From Octopus bimaculoides (taxonomy: Eukaryota), in assembly GCF_001194135.2 (NCBI RefSeq), contig NC_068990.1, positions 20,147,103 to 20,183,180 of the forward strand: DNA of 36,078 nucleotides, in the 5' to 3' direction. Shown piece after piece: positions 11,750-21,560 of this stretch. A model generated the notes under the pieces. The model did no database searches. It was not told the origin of the DNA and saw only the letters and a program-made list of their open reading frames with translations. Every line of letters starts with the position of its first letter. Positions within the stretch are counted from its first letter, which is position 1. The translations under genes and the position numbers were made by a program.

Positions 11750-13017
11750 CAAGGGTTAGACAAAATAATGGAAACACCTAGCATCATAATTTTGAAATAT
11801 CTCTAAAACCGTCAGAATCTTGTTTATTTTTACGTTTTTTTTTTTATTTATTATTAGTGTTGCTTAATATGTTTCACTAAAATTACTGTTTCTTTTCAGA
11901 TGTCATCCGAAAAAAGTAATTAAAATTCATTACAGTGAAAGATCTATCGGACTTTCAGAGAGTTCAAATTGTTGGTGCTCGTATGGCAGGCGCTAAGATA
12001 ACGAAAACAGCCGAAATGCTTGGTGTATCAAGAAGTACTGTCTCGAAAGTAATAACAGCCTTTGAAAAAAAGGGAAAAACCTCCTCGTCGAAGCAAATCC
12101 CCAGAAGAAAACCAAAACTTTCAGATAGGGATCGTCGGGTTCTTACGCGAATTGTTAGAAACAATCACAAAAGTACAGCTCCCAAAATTACTGCAGAGCT
12201 TAATGACCACCTCGAGAACCCAATTTCCACAAAAACTGTTCGCCAGGAGCTGCACAAAGCCGGATTTCACGGGAGCGCTGCAATCAGAAAAAGACCCTTT
12301 TCAACAAACGTTGCAAAGCGTTTACAGTGGAGTAAACCCTACAGAATTGGTCCATAGAGCAATGGAAGAATGTTATTTTCTCGGACGAGCCATCCTTTAC
12401 CTTATTTCCGACCACTGGCCAAGTATACGTGTGGAGACAGCCAGAAGGAGCATTTGACCCAGACTGCCTTCTTCCAACTGTTAAACATGGAGGAGGAATT
12501 GTGATAATCTCGCGCTGGGCTATATCTTGGAAATCCGCTGTCCCAATGGTTTCCCTTCATAGCAGAATTAATAGTCAAGAATATTTAAGCATTTTATCTG
12601 ATCAAATTCATCCTATGGTTGTGGAACTGTTTCCAGAAGGAAACACAATCTTTCAGGATGATAAGGCACCAATTCACACAGCTAAAATTGTTACTGAATG
12701 GCACGAGGATCATTCTAGTGAAGTTGCACATCTTATCTGGCCACCACAGTCCCCAGATCTCAATATTATTGAACATTTATGATACATTTTAGAAAAACAA
12801 GTAAGGAGTCGATATCGTCCACCATCATCACTACAAGGACTGGAGACCGTTGTAGATGAAGAATGGACAAACATTTCTTTGGAAACAATTCAAACTTTGT
12901 ATGAGTCAATACCTCGTAGAATTGAAGCTGTAATTACAGCCATAGGTGGTTCTACCCCATATTAAAATAAATTTGTTTGAGATTTTAAGGTGTTTCCATT
13001 ATTTTGTCCAACCCCTG
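11750..13017 (+). mobile_element. Full-length Tc1-like DNA transposon (DD36E spacing), non-autonomous through decay
   Basis: 30-bp TIRs at 11750-11779 (caagggttagacaaaataatggaaacacct) and 12988-13017 (2 mismatches). TA on both sides (11748-49, 13018-19). Length 1268 bp, with a transposase inside. Confidence 0.95.
11935..12965 (+). pseudogene. Tc1-family transposase pseudogene
   Basis: N-terminal HTH (QIVGARMAGAKITKTAEMLGVSRSTVSKV..RKPKLSDRDRRVLTRIV). A frameshift near 12335 leads into WSIEQWKNVIFSDE (D at 12384), then TVKHGGG, FQDD (D at 12660) and WPPQSPDLNIIE (E at 12771). A TGA at 12780-82 sits where W is expected. The C-terminus ..SIPRRIEAVITAIGGSTPY* ends at 12965. Confidence 0.95.
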
Positions 13018-13646
13018 TATATATATATGTATATATACATATATATATATATANNNNNNNNNNNNNNNNNNNNNNNNNNNNNNNNNNNNNNNNNNNNNNN
13101 NNNNNNNNNNNNNNNNNNNNNNNNNNNNNNNNNNNNNNNNNNNNNNNNNNNNNNNNNNNNNNNNNNNNNNNNNNNNNNNNNNNNNNNNNNNNNNNNNNNN
13201 NNNNNNNNNNNNNNNNNNNNNNNNNNNNNNNNNNNNNNNNNNNNNNNNNNNNNNNNNNNNNNNNNNNNNNNNNNNNNNNNNNNNNNNNNNNNNNNNNNNN
13301 NNNNNNNNNNNNNNNNNNNNNNNNNNNNNNNNNNNNNNNNNNNNNNNNNNNNNNNNNNNNNNNNNNNNNNNNNNNNNNNNNNNNNNNNNNNNNNNNNNNN
13401 NNNNNNNNNNNNNNNNNNNNNNNNNNNNNNNNNNNNNNNNNNNNNNNNNNNNNNNNNNNNNNNNNNNNNNNNNNNNNNNNNNNNNNNNNNNNNNNNNNNN
13501 NNNNNNNNNNNNNNNNNNNNNNNNNNNNNNNNNNNNNNNNNNNNNNNNNNNNNNNNNNNNNNNNNNNNNNNNNNNNNNNNNNNNNNNNNNNNNNNNNNNN
13601 NNNNNNNNNNNNNNNNNNNNNNNNNNNNNNNNNNNNNNNNNNNNNN

Positions 13647-13910
13647 GAAATTAACGTGCAAGTGGCTGAGCACTCCACAGAGACATGTACCCTAAACGTA
13701 GTTCTCGGAGAGATTCAGCGTAACACAGAGGCTGGTCCTTTGAAAGGCTGGTCCTTTGAAATACAGGTACTACTCACGTTTGCTAGCTGCATGGGCTGGG
13801 GCAACGTGAAATAAAGTGTCTTGCTCAAGGACACAACGCGTCGCCGCGAATTGAACTCACGACCTTACTATCGTGAGCAGAATGACCGAACCACTAAGCC
13901 ACATGCCTTC
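13647..13910 (-). mobile_element. tRNA-headed SINE (family C)
   Basis: The minus strand begins gtgaaggcatgtggcttagtggttcggtcattctgctcacgatagtaaggtcgtgagttcaattcgcgg, a tRNA-like A/B box arrangement. It contains an internal 16-bp tandem duplication (aggctggtcctttgaa x2). Confidence 0.75.
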
Positions 13911-13939
13911 ACACACACACACATATGTATGTATCCATG

Positions 13940-14170
13940 CGTTTGTGTCTTTTTGTCGTTGTTTCACCACCAACACCACCACCACCATCACTGCTTGACA
14001 ACAGCGGTTGCTGCATATACGTTCCCACACCTTAGCCTTTCGGCAAAATCGACCGATGGAATAGGTACTAGTCTTTTTTAAAAACAAATAAGATCGGGAG
14101 TCGATTTGTTTGACTAAAAACCTCCAGGCTAGTGCCCCAGCATGGCGACAGTCAGATGAAAAGACAGAAA
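13940..14170 (+). mobile_element. 3' portion of a SINE family B copy
   Basis: tgcttgacaac..ccttagcc.ttcggcaaaa..gaccgatggaataggtacta..gtcgatttgtttgactaaa..ccagcatggcg.cagtc is similar to 24390-24572 and 34510-34730. Confidence 0.65.
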
Positions 14171-14749
14171 ATACACATACACATCTCTCCCACCCTCTCT
14201 CTTTCTCTTTCTCCCACTTTCTCTCCCTTCCTCCTCCTCCTCTCTCTCTCTATCTCTCTCTTCCTCTGCCTTCTTCTCTCTCTCCCCTCTCTCTTTGTGT
14301 CTCTTTGTTCCTGCACAGTTATATACACAGACACTCAGCCACACAAACATACGCTCCTGACGAATGAACATCGGTCTGCTGATGTTACATGTCATTATAA
14401 CAATTCTTTTTCCTTTTCTTTTCTCTTCAGTTTGTCTTTGTAATACTTTACTTTGACTCTTTGACTCAGCCGCCATCTTTTTTTTTTATGTCGCATCGTA
14501 TTTACTTTCTAACATTATAGAAAAACAGAGGCTGCAATGTTGTGAGTGTAAACAAACAACGTACACAGCCAACTGATGGCAAACATTTTAACAGATGAGA
14601 CATGACTTCGACAATGATTCGCTGTCATTTAAATGTAAGGGATTTCATTCTTACTTGAAGCTCTGCTAGTCTAATCTAATTACTGACGACAAGAATTCTG
14701 CTGGAATTTTAGATTCTACTAATGATATTAACTGTCGATATCGGCTTGA

Positions 14750-15088
14750 GAATATCATCATCATAATCATCATCATCATCATTATCATCAACGTCATCAC
14801 CATCACGATCACCACCACCACCGCCCCCACCATCGTCATTGTCGTCATTATCGTTGTGTCATCGGCCTCCATATCATCATCATCATCATCATAATGATTA
14901 TCATCATCGGCGGCGGCGTATTCATCAACGTCCTGTTGCCGTCTTCGTGTTCATCAACTTCATCATCGCCATCCTTCTCCTCCTCCACCACCACCTACAA
15001 CATCACCACCATCGCCACTACCATCACCACCATCATCATCATCATTATTACCATCACATCGTCTTCACCGCCATTATCATCACCATCG
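14750..15088. repeat. Compound (CAT)n/(CAC)n/(CGT)n triplet low-complexity tract
   Basis: Seen directly; explains the His/Ile/Ser-rich ORFs. Confidence 0.9.
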
Positions 15089-15090
15089 AT

Positions 15091-16070
15091 CACTCTGGGA
15101 AGGGATCGAGCCGTCACCGAGCAGTGGTTCATTATTTGGTTCAAAGCGCGTGGTGCATGTCGAACGCCACTGTTGGCACGGGCGTAACCGATGCGCGACC
15201 TTTAGTCGGTCGGTGAGTTTGACTGGGGTGATACTTCTATGAAACCGTGACGCAGTGAGCTCAGCGTGGACGGAAACCAAACATATTGCAAACGGGCAAA
15301 ACATTGCTCGATCTCGATTTTCAGTATGGATACGGACATGAAAGCGTGGCCCATCAATCCTTTCCGAAGAGCGTCAGTCAAGCTATGCGTCCACCGAGAG
15401 GTGTCTGAAATGTTACCACAGGGACAACTGGCTTATGGTAGTCAAGCGTTCACAGCGAAGTAGTTTTTGTTCCTTCGATGTCGGCTCTTCTTATCATTGC
15501 GAAGCAGAATTCGCAGAGCGTTGGGTTGTTCATACACTAATAGCGAAAATGAGCCGGGTCTAGACAGTGGTGAGACAGGTAAGTCTTATTGTAGCTATGC
15601 ATCTCGCGTTCGCTCGTCGTCCGTCGCTATCGCTGATGCCTCTGCTAGATTTGCGCAGGCGCCGGCAACGTCAACTCTATCCTGTCCAGTCAGAGGAACG
15701 CTTGCGCACTCGCTCGATAGAGCGGTGGCGCCAGGCTGCCCGGGTGCGATAACTGTTGAACAACTCTAAGCCGGGACCGTAGCCGGATCCGAGTTGTTAT
15801 CCAAAAGTGTCTCAACCTCAAGGCGCATGCCTCAGCTCGGCGTTTCCAGGTCGCACATAGCGGCCGCGCGGCGAGCGGTAGCGTCGCCGGCGAAATTGCC
15901 ATCCTGGAACTGCAACGGCGGCGGCCCCACCGTCGTCGTCGACCTCCTGCCCGATTTGCTCGAGAAAATCGAGACGAAACGGATCACTCGCATACGATTC
16001 GACTTAACATTCGGAGTGACGTGCTTAGTAGAGTATCTACCACACTTCTTTCGAGGCGGTCACGGCTTCA
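15091..16070 (+). pseudogene. Orphan, decayed 3' segment of large-subunit (28S) rRNA
   Basis: Colinear variants of conserved LSU motifs: GAGTTTGACTGGGG (15215), GAGGTGTCTGAAATGTTACCACAGGGA (15398), TCCTTCGATGTCGGCTCTTC, GCGAAGCAGAATTCGC (15499), GTGAGACAGGT (about 15570), a damaged sarcin-ricin loop AGTCAGAGGAAC (15688), TGAACAACTCTAAG (about 15757) and 3'-terminal-like ATCACTCGCATACGA..GTGCTTAGTAGAG (15983-16032). Confidence 0.9.
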
Positions 16071-16370
16071 GGTGGATGGCAGTAGAAAAAGCAAGCAGGA
16101 GAAGGAGTAGAAGAAGCGGTGAGGCCGTTGTTATCAGCTCCGAATATCGAGCAAGCGCACGAGCACGGACATGAATTGAACGAAGAAGACATTCGTTTGG
16201 CGGGAGAGCAGCTCGAGGGCGAGGAAGGAAACAAAGGAAAAGGAATCCAGAAAAGAGAGCGAAGTGGATGGATCGGCTCTGGACGCCTATCACAAGCACG
16301 AGCACAAACGTGTTACTCAAAGAAGTTGACTCAAGTCAAACCTAACAAACTGCCGTAAATCGTTGTTAGA
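16071..16370 (+). other. GC/purine-rich continuation after the 28S 3' end; possible rDNA 3' ETS or spacer
   Basis: Composition stays rDNA-like (CpG-rich) for about 300 bp past the last recognisable 28S motif, then drops to AT-rich background. The identity is inferred from position only. Confidence 0.45.
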
Positions 16371-17689
16371 ATATCTGAATGGGTAGAGTCTGAATCGGTT
16401 AGCTTGTACTGACACTGCAAGTGTGGAAAGTTGTATTAGTTCGAGAGTGTAGCCTCATGGTTATTTATGTTCCAATACTAATGTAACGTAGTTTTTCGTT
16501 TAAGGTAACACGGTACAATTGGAAAGATATTTACCTGTTATTTCTAGCATATTCAGAGCCCATGTGAAATCATCATGACATGGCCTTACTGAGGTTTAGA
16601 CAGACAATCCAAAGCTACGGTCCAAGGCTATGGAAATAATTTCAACCCATAGGGAATGTTTGAATAGGAGTTACATGAATATAAAAATATGTTTTAATAA
16701 ATTATTGTAGTTTATATGAACTTGGTTTTATCCGGTGTGCAGAAAGAGCACAGAATGTGCCGCAGAGGTTGGTGGAGAGATAACAGTGATCTGTATATGT
16801 TTATATAATTTGCAGCAGCAGCTAAATCTGTCATAACAGACAACGTGCCACGAGTTCAGTCATGTATTTTCTGATTTGTTTTTGTTTGCAACTTCTTGTA
16901 TAATTATGAATGTTCATTTAATTATTTGTCGTTAACTAAATCTTTTTTCGATGTTGGTGTGTATTTTTAAGATTATAAATCAAGTCAAAAATTGTTTTAA
17001 TTTTTTGGATCAACATTCTTATCCATTCGTTTCTTTGTCTTTTCCAATTTATTGAATAGGAAGAAACCTATTTTCTATTCAATATCGATATATGGTTCAC
17101 AACAATTCAAATAATATTCAGCGTACTATAAGCGAAGATATCAGGGATAAAAAGATTAAGTGATTGCTAAAAAGAAAAAGTTAAAACCATTTTGATCCGT
17201 AAATATTGTGACAAACATGGGAAGATTGGCTCCATTACTGCCAGTAGGGATAATCGTAGGAATTCTGTGTAGGAAAAAAAAAAGGACTAGAATTTATTTA
17301 CTGCCATGCCTCTATCAAACAATACAACTAAATGAAGAATTGATTGTATGGCGAGAAATTGCTGAAAGATTTTTCGTTCCTAGGATACGGAAAAATCGTT
17401 CTTATTTCTTCATTGAAAGTGAATGAGATATGAAGCGATGCAGATAATTCTAGTTTGATTTTGGTCGTCATAAGGATTGTCATCCAAGGCGGAGTTCATC
17501 ATGAGGTTTATGCTTTGTGAATCGCATCCTCGAAGAACAACGGATAAAGGAATACTTAAGTAAACCATTGAATGGAAAAAATGCTTTGGAGGTGGTGATG
17601 AACTGGAGCTCGGGAAATGAAATGTTCCAAATATAACATGTACTGTGCATTATAATGTGTGCATTTAAAACCACGGCTTCAGATGCTTG

Positions 17690-17880
17690 AGCAAGGCCAG
17701 CAATTTTAAGGCGAGGAAACTAGTCGATTACATCGACCCCAGTAATCAACTACTAATTATTTGAACGACTACGAAAAGATGGAGGGAAAAGTCGATCTTG
17801 GTGGAATTTGAAATTAGAACGTAAGGACCAAGGAAATGCCGCAAAGCATTTTGCCCGGCGCGGTCACGATTCTGCCATAT
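17690..17880 (-). mobile_element. SINE family A copy
   Basis: caaggccagcaatttt..gtcgattacatcgaccccagt..ggaatttgaa..agaacgtaagg..gcattttgcccggcg..acgattctgcca. Confidence 0.75.
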
Positions 17881-17882
17881 AG

Positions 17883-17889
17883 TAATAAC

Positions 17890-17945
<56 letters not shown>

Positions 17946-18094
17946 TAATAATAATAATGAAGATGATGATAATGATGATGATGGTAGTGGTCGTGGTGGT
18001 TGTGGCGGTGTTGATGATAATGATAATAATAATAATGATGAGGATGATAATGATGATGATGGTAGTGGTCGTGGTGGCGGTGTTGATGATAATG

Positions 18095-18143
<49 letters not shown>
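17883..18143. repeat. (AAT)n/(GAT)n compound microsatellite with an internal roughly 70-nt duplication
   Basis: The unit gatgataatgatgatgatggtagtggtcgtggtgg..cggtgttgatgataatgataataat occurs at about 17959-18030 and 18037-18100. Confidence 0.9.
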
Positions 18144-18144
<1 letters not shown>

Positions 18145-18145
<1 letters not shown>

Positions 18146-18470
18146 GTTTCAAATTTTGGCACAATGCCAGCAATTTCGTGAGATGGAATAAATCAATTAC
18201 ATCGACACCAATACTCAACTGGTACTCATTTCCTCCACCCCGTAAGGATGAAAAGCAAAGTCGACCTCAGCAGAATTTGAACTCAGAACGTAAGGACGGC
18301 GAAATGCCGCTCACCATTTTGCCTCGTGTACTAACGATTCTGCGAGATCGTCACCTTTATAATGATAATATTCATTTCAAATTTTGGCACAGGGCCAGCA
18401 ATTTCAAGGACAAGTTAAGTCGATTACGTCGACCCCAGTGCTCGAATGGTACTTGTTTTATCAGTCAAAC
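18145..18470 (-). mobile_element. Two SINE family A copies (about 18145-18355 and a 3' fragment about 18370-18470)
   Basis: ttcaaattttggcacaatgccagcaattt..aaagtcgacctcagcagaatttgaactcagaacgtaag, followed by a second ttcaaattttggcacagggccagcaattt..cgaccccagtg. Confidence 0.8.
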
Positions 18471-18508
18471 TAAAGGGTTTTACCCAAGGAAAAGAAAAAG
18501 AAAATTGA

Positions 18509-18735
18509 TAGTATAATAGAAGTAAAACAACTTGCTGTAAACGAATATGAAAAAAGATGCACGCTCACGAACAGAGGAGTGGAGGAGAGGACTCGGAAAA
18601 TTCACATCGTCAAACCATGTCCTTTAACTCTAGTATTTGACCCGAGCAAAAAAAAAAAAAAGAGCAAAATAGTGTAATAGGTGTAAAACAACTTGCTCTA
18701 AATGAATATGAAATAAAACGCGCGCTAACGCTCGG
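18509..18735 (+). repeat. Imperfect direct repeat of about 60 bp upstream of the Helitron fragment
   Basis: tagtataatagaagtaaaacaacttgctgtaaacgaatatgaaa (18509-) versus tagtgtaataggtgtaaaacaacttgctctaaatgaatatgaaa (18670-). Confidence 0.85.
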
Positions 18736-18756
18736 GAACGAGGTGTCAGGGAGACA

Positions 18757-19955
18757 CAACTTGCAGTGCACCTGGAAAACGGCCAAAGGGTTTACTTCAC
18801 CGATGCTAATGCTTCTCTGTTGGAAGAGGAAACAAGGGATAGCTCGTTCATTGCATTCTTCAAGCTTTGTAAAGTTGATCCATTCGCTCAAACCTTGCTG
18901 TATCCACAGATTCCATCGTACTACACTTGGAATAGGGAAAAAAATGGGCCCCAAGGAAAACAGGTCAAAATGTTCATGGATAACCTGGCATTAAGTTTGA
19001 CACTTGCCTTCGACGAGTATACACAGTGTATCCCACTCAACAAGAGTGCATCTACCTCCGTCTACTACTGCATGAGGTCAGAGGGCCAGCGTGTTTCCAA
19101 GCCCTAAAAACCGTTCATGGGCATGTTTGCACAACATACAAGAAGTCTACTATCGACAAGGTCTGTTAGAAGATGGTGCAAATGGGATTCAACGTTGGGA
19201 GGAGCTGCTTTATCAGAATCACCTGTAAGCCTCAGAGCACTATTAGCAGTATTACTACAGACATGCGAACTGTGTGATCCTGCCACTCTATGGCTCAAAT
19301 ACAGGGACAACCTGGCTGAAGACTTTAAGCGGCGAGCTCAACTGTTCTATCCTGACATGGAGGGTATCAGTGATGAAGTCTACAACAAAACTCTCATTGA
19401 CATTGAAGACAGAATTGCTACACTGAGTGGTAATGAATTGTCCACATATCGTAGGCCACAAACATTCAGGTCAGGGTCAAATAGCCTTCCCACTACTGTC
19501 ATTCGGGAAACATCCTATGACACTCAAGCGCTTTCAAAGTACATTGCTGAAAACGAGTCTAAATTACTTCCGGACCAGCTGCTAGCCTACAGAACTATTA
19601 ACAGTGTACGCCAACGCGAGGGACGAATCTTCTTCCTGGATGCTCCTGGAGGGATAGGAAAAACATTTATTACGAAGCTTTTTATTGCAAAGTTAGGCAT
19701 CATCAGGACATCGTGGTAGCTGTGGCTTCCTCTGGGATTGCAGCTGCTTTGTTACCCGGTGGCAGGACAGCACACTCGACTTTTAAACTCCCTCTCAATT
19801 TAGCAGCATCCGAGATACCTTCATGCAATATCAGCAAAAGCTCAGATCAGGGGCAGATACTTAATATGTGTCATCTAATCGTCTGGGATGAGTGCACTAT
19901 GGCTCACAAGGGAGGTTTGGAAGCATTAGATAGAGCCCTAGAAAACATCCGAGAC
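18757..19955 (+). pseudogene. Helitron RepHel fragment (inter-domain region plus the N-half of a Pif1-family helicase), frameshifted
   Basis: Across frames: QLAVHLENGQRVYF..AFFKLCKVDPFAQTLLYPQIPSYYTW; RVYTVYPTQQECIYLRLLLHEVRGPACFQALKTV; GLLED..WDSTLGGAALSESPVSLRALLAVLLQTCELCDPATLWLKYRDNLAEDF; Walker A FFLDAPGGIGKTF; VASSGIAAALLPGGRTAHSTFKLP; Walker B LIVWDECTM. It breaks off after ALDRALENIRD. Confidence 0.95.
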
Positions 19956-20884
19956 TGTCTTTTTTTTGTTTTTGGCTGTGGTGAGACGACTCGGAACATT
20001 CACGATGTCAACTTTCCGAGTCCTCTCGGAAAGGACTCGGGGAATGCGGGAGAGGAGCGCGAATGGGAGAGAAGACTCTCCAGGTTNNNNNNNNNNNNNN
20101 NNNNNNNNNNNNNNNNNNNNNNNNNNNNNNNNNNNNNNNNNNNNNNNNNNNNNNNNNNNNNNNNNNNNNNNNNNNNNNNNNNNNNNNNNNNNNNNNNNNN
20201 NNNNNNNNNNNNNNNNNNNNNNNNNNNNNNNNNNNNNNNNNNNNNNTTGAAGAAGAAAATATATATTAAAACAAAAAGAAAAAACAACGTTGTTGAAAGG
20301 TGTCTATCACGGCAATCATTCAATCAAACAAGTAAGCGTAGAAAATACAAAAAATTGAGTCAAAAGTTAATCTTGAACCATACAATACTATTACCAAACA
20401 GGGAAATTATTTTCCAGACTCTTTGGAATGGAAAAAAAAAATACACGCATAAATTACCTACCCTGCTTTGGAAAAATAATACCCATGGATATCACGCACC
20501 CACGTACACACACACGCATGTACCCCACCCTCTCACACACACGCACAAGACATATTAATTCCAAACCAATTTTAGATAGTAGCTTAATGATGTCTGAGAA
20601 AAAAATAATCTAATTTATTGGCTAATCATGTATTGCAAAGAAATTGAACATTAGCATTCAATAATTTCTTTTAAAATAATTGCTCTGACCCGTCCCCCCA
20701 ATCACATCGATGACCGTTCACCATTTATCGACTATTTTTGATTACTACACAACTAATGTTAAGTGTCACTGCTAATGCTAAACTAGGTGTCGGATATTTT
20801 GTTTTACTTTTTTTTTACTCTTTATTTTATTTTATTTCATTTTATTTTTTCATATTCAGATATTTTGTGCTGTGTTTGTAGGCA

Positions 20885-21154
20885 GAGAAGTTCCTCGTGA
20901 TGATAATGATTATGGTGATGGCGATGGCGACGACGACGGCGCCGACGACGGTGGCGGCGACAACGATGGCGGCGGCGACGAGGTCGACGATGGTGGTGAT
21001 AATGATGATGATGTTGATGACGATGACGATGAGAGGATCATGATGATGACTCTGTGAATTGTGAAATGACAACGATGACGAAAAGAATGCTGACGATGAA
21101 ATTGAAGGGGATGACTATGACGATGATATTGGTCATGATGATGATGACGATGAC

Positions 21155-21214
<60 letters not shown>

Positions 21215-21333
21215 GGTGGATTTGGTGATGATGGTGATGGTGATGATGATGATGATNNNNNNNNNNTGGTGATGATGATGATGATGATAGAGATGCTCTT
21301 AACACAGTAAATAGAATGATGACTATGATGACT

Positions 21334-21373
<40 letters not shown>

Positions 21374-21560
21374 CGACGATGATGATGATTCTAATGCAGA
21401 AAAATAAAATGATGACAACGACGATTATCTTGGTGTTGATGATGACGATGGAAATGATTATGATGATTATCATCATCATCTTGGTGAAGATGACGGTGAT
21501 GAGGAGAGGAAGAGGAAGAGGAAGAAGACAGTGCTGCTGATGATGATGGCGGTGACGATG
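20885..21560. repeat. Large compound (GAT)n/(GAC)n/(GGT)n triplet tract
   Basis: Seen directly; contains a 10-N gap; explains the poly-M/H/D ORFs. Confidence 0.95.

Noticed and set aside
12946-13814. Long ORFs spanning N-runs (also about 10666-11036, 19966-20323, 25826-26277, 27820-28210, 34312-34612)
   Set aside because: They are open only because N codons cannot be stops.
10135-13910. tRNA genes at about 10140, 11400 and 13850-13910
   Set aside because: The A/B-box-like heads continue into repeat bodies and do not form complete cloverleaves, so they are read as SINE heads.
15091-16070. Functional rRNA gene
   Set aside because: Only the 3' part is present, invariant positions including the sarcin-ricin loop are mutated, and there is no 18S or 5.8S context.
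15467-16358. Cluster of GC-rich ORFs that could be taken for a gene or bacterial contamination
   Set aside because: They overlie recognisable 28S rRNA motifs, and GC-rich rDNA gives few stop codons.
17746-18516. ORFs of 130-226 aa rich in N, I, L, D, M or H (also 14666-15216, 20842-21597, 33902-34349)
   Set aside because: These are translations of triplet microsatellites and SINE sequence.
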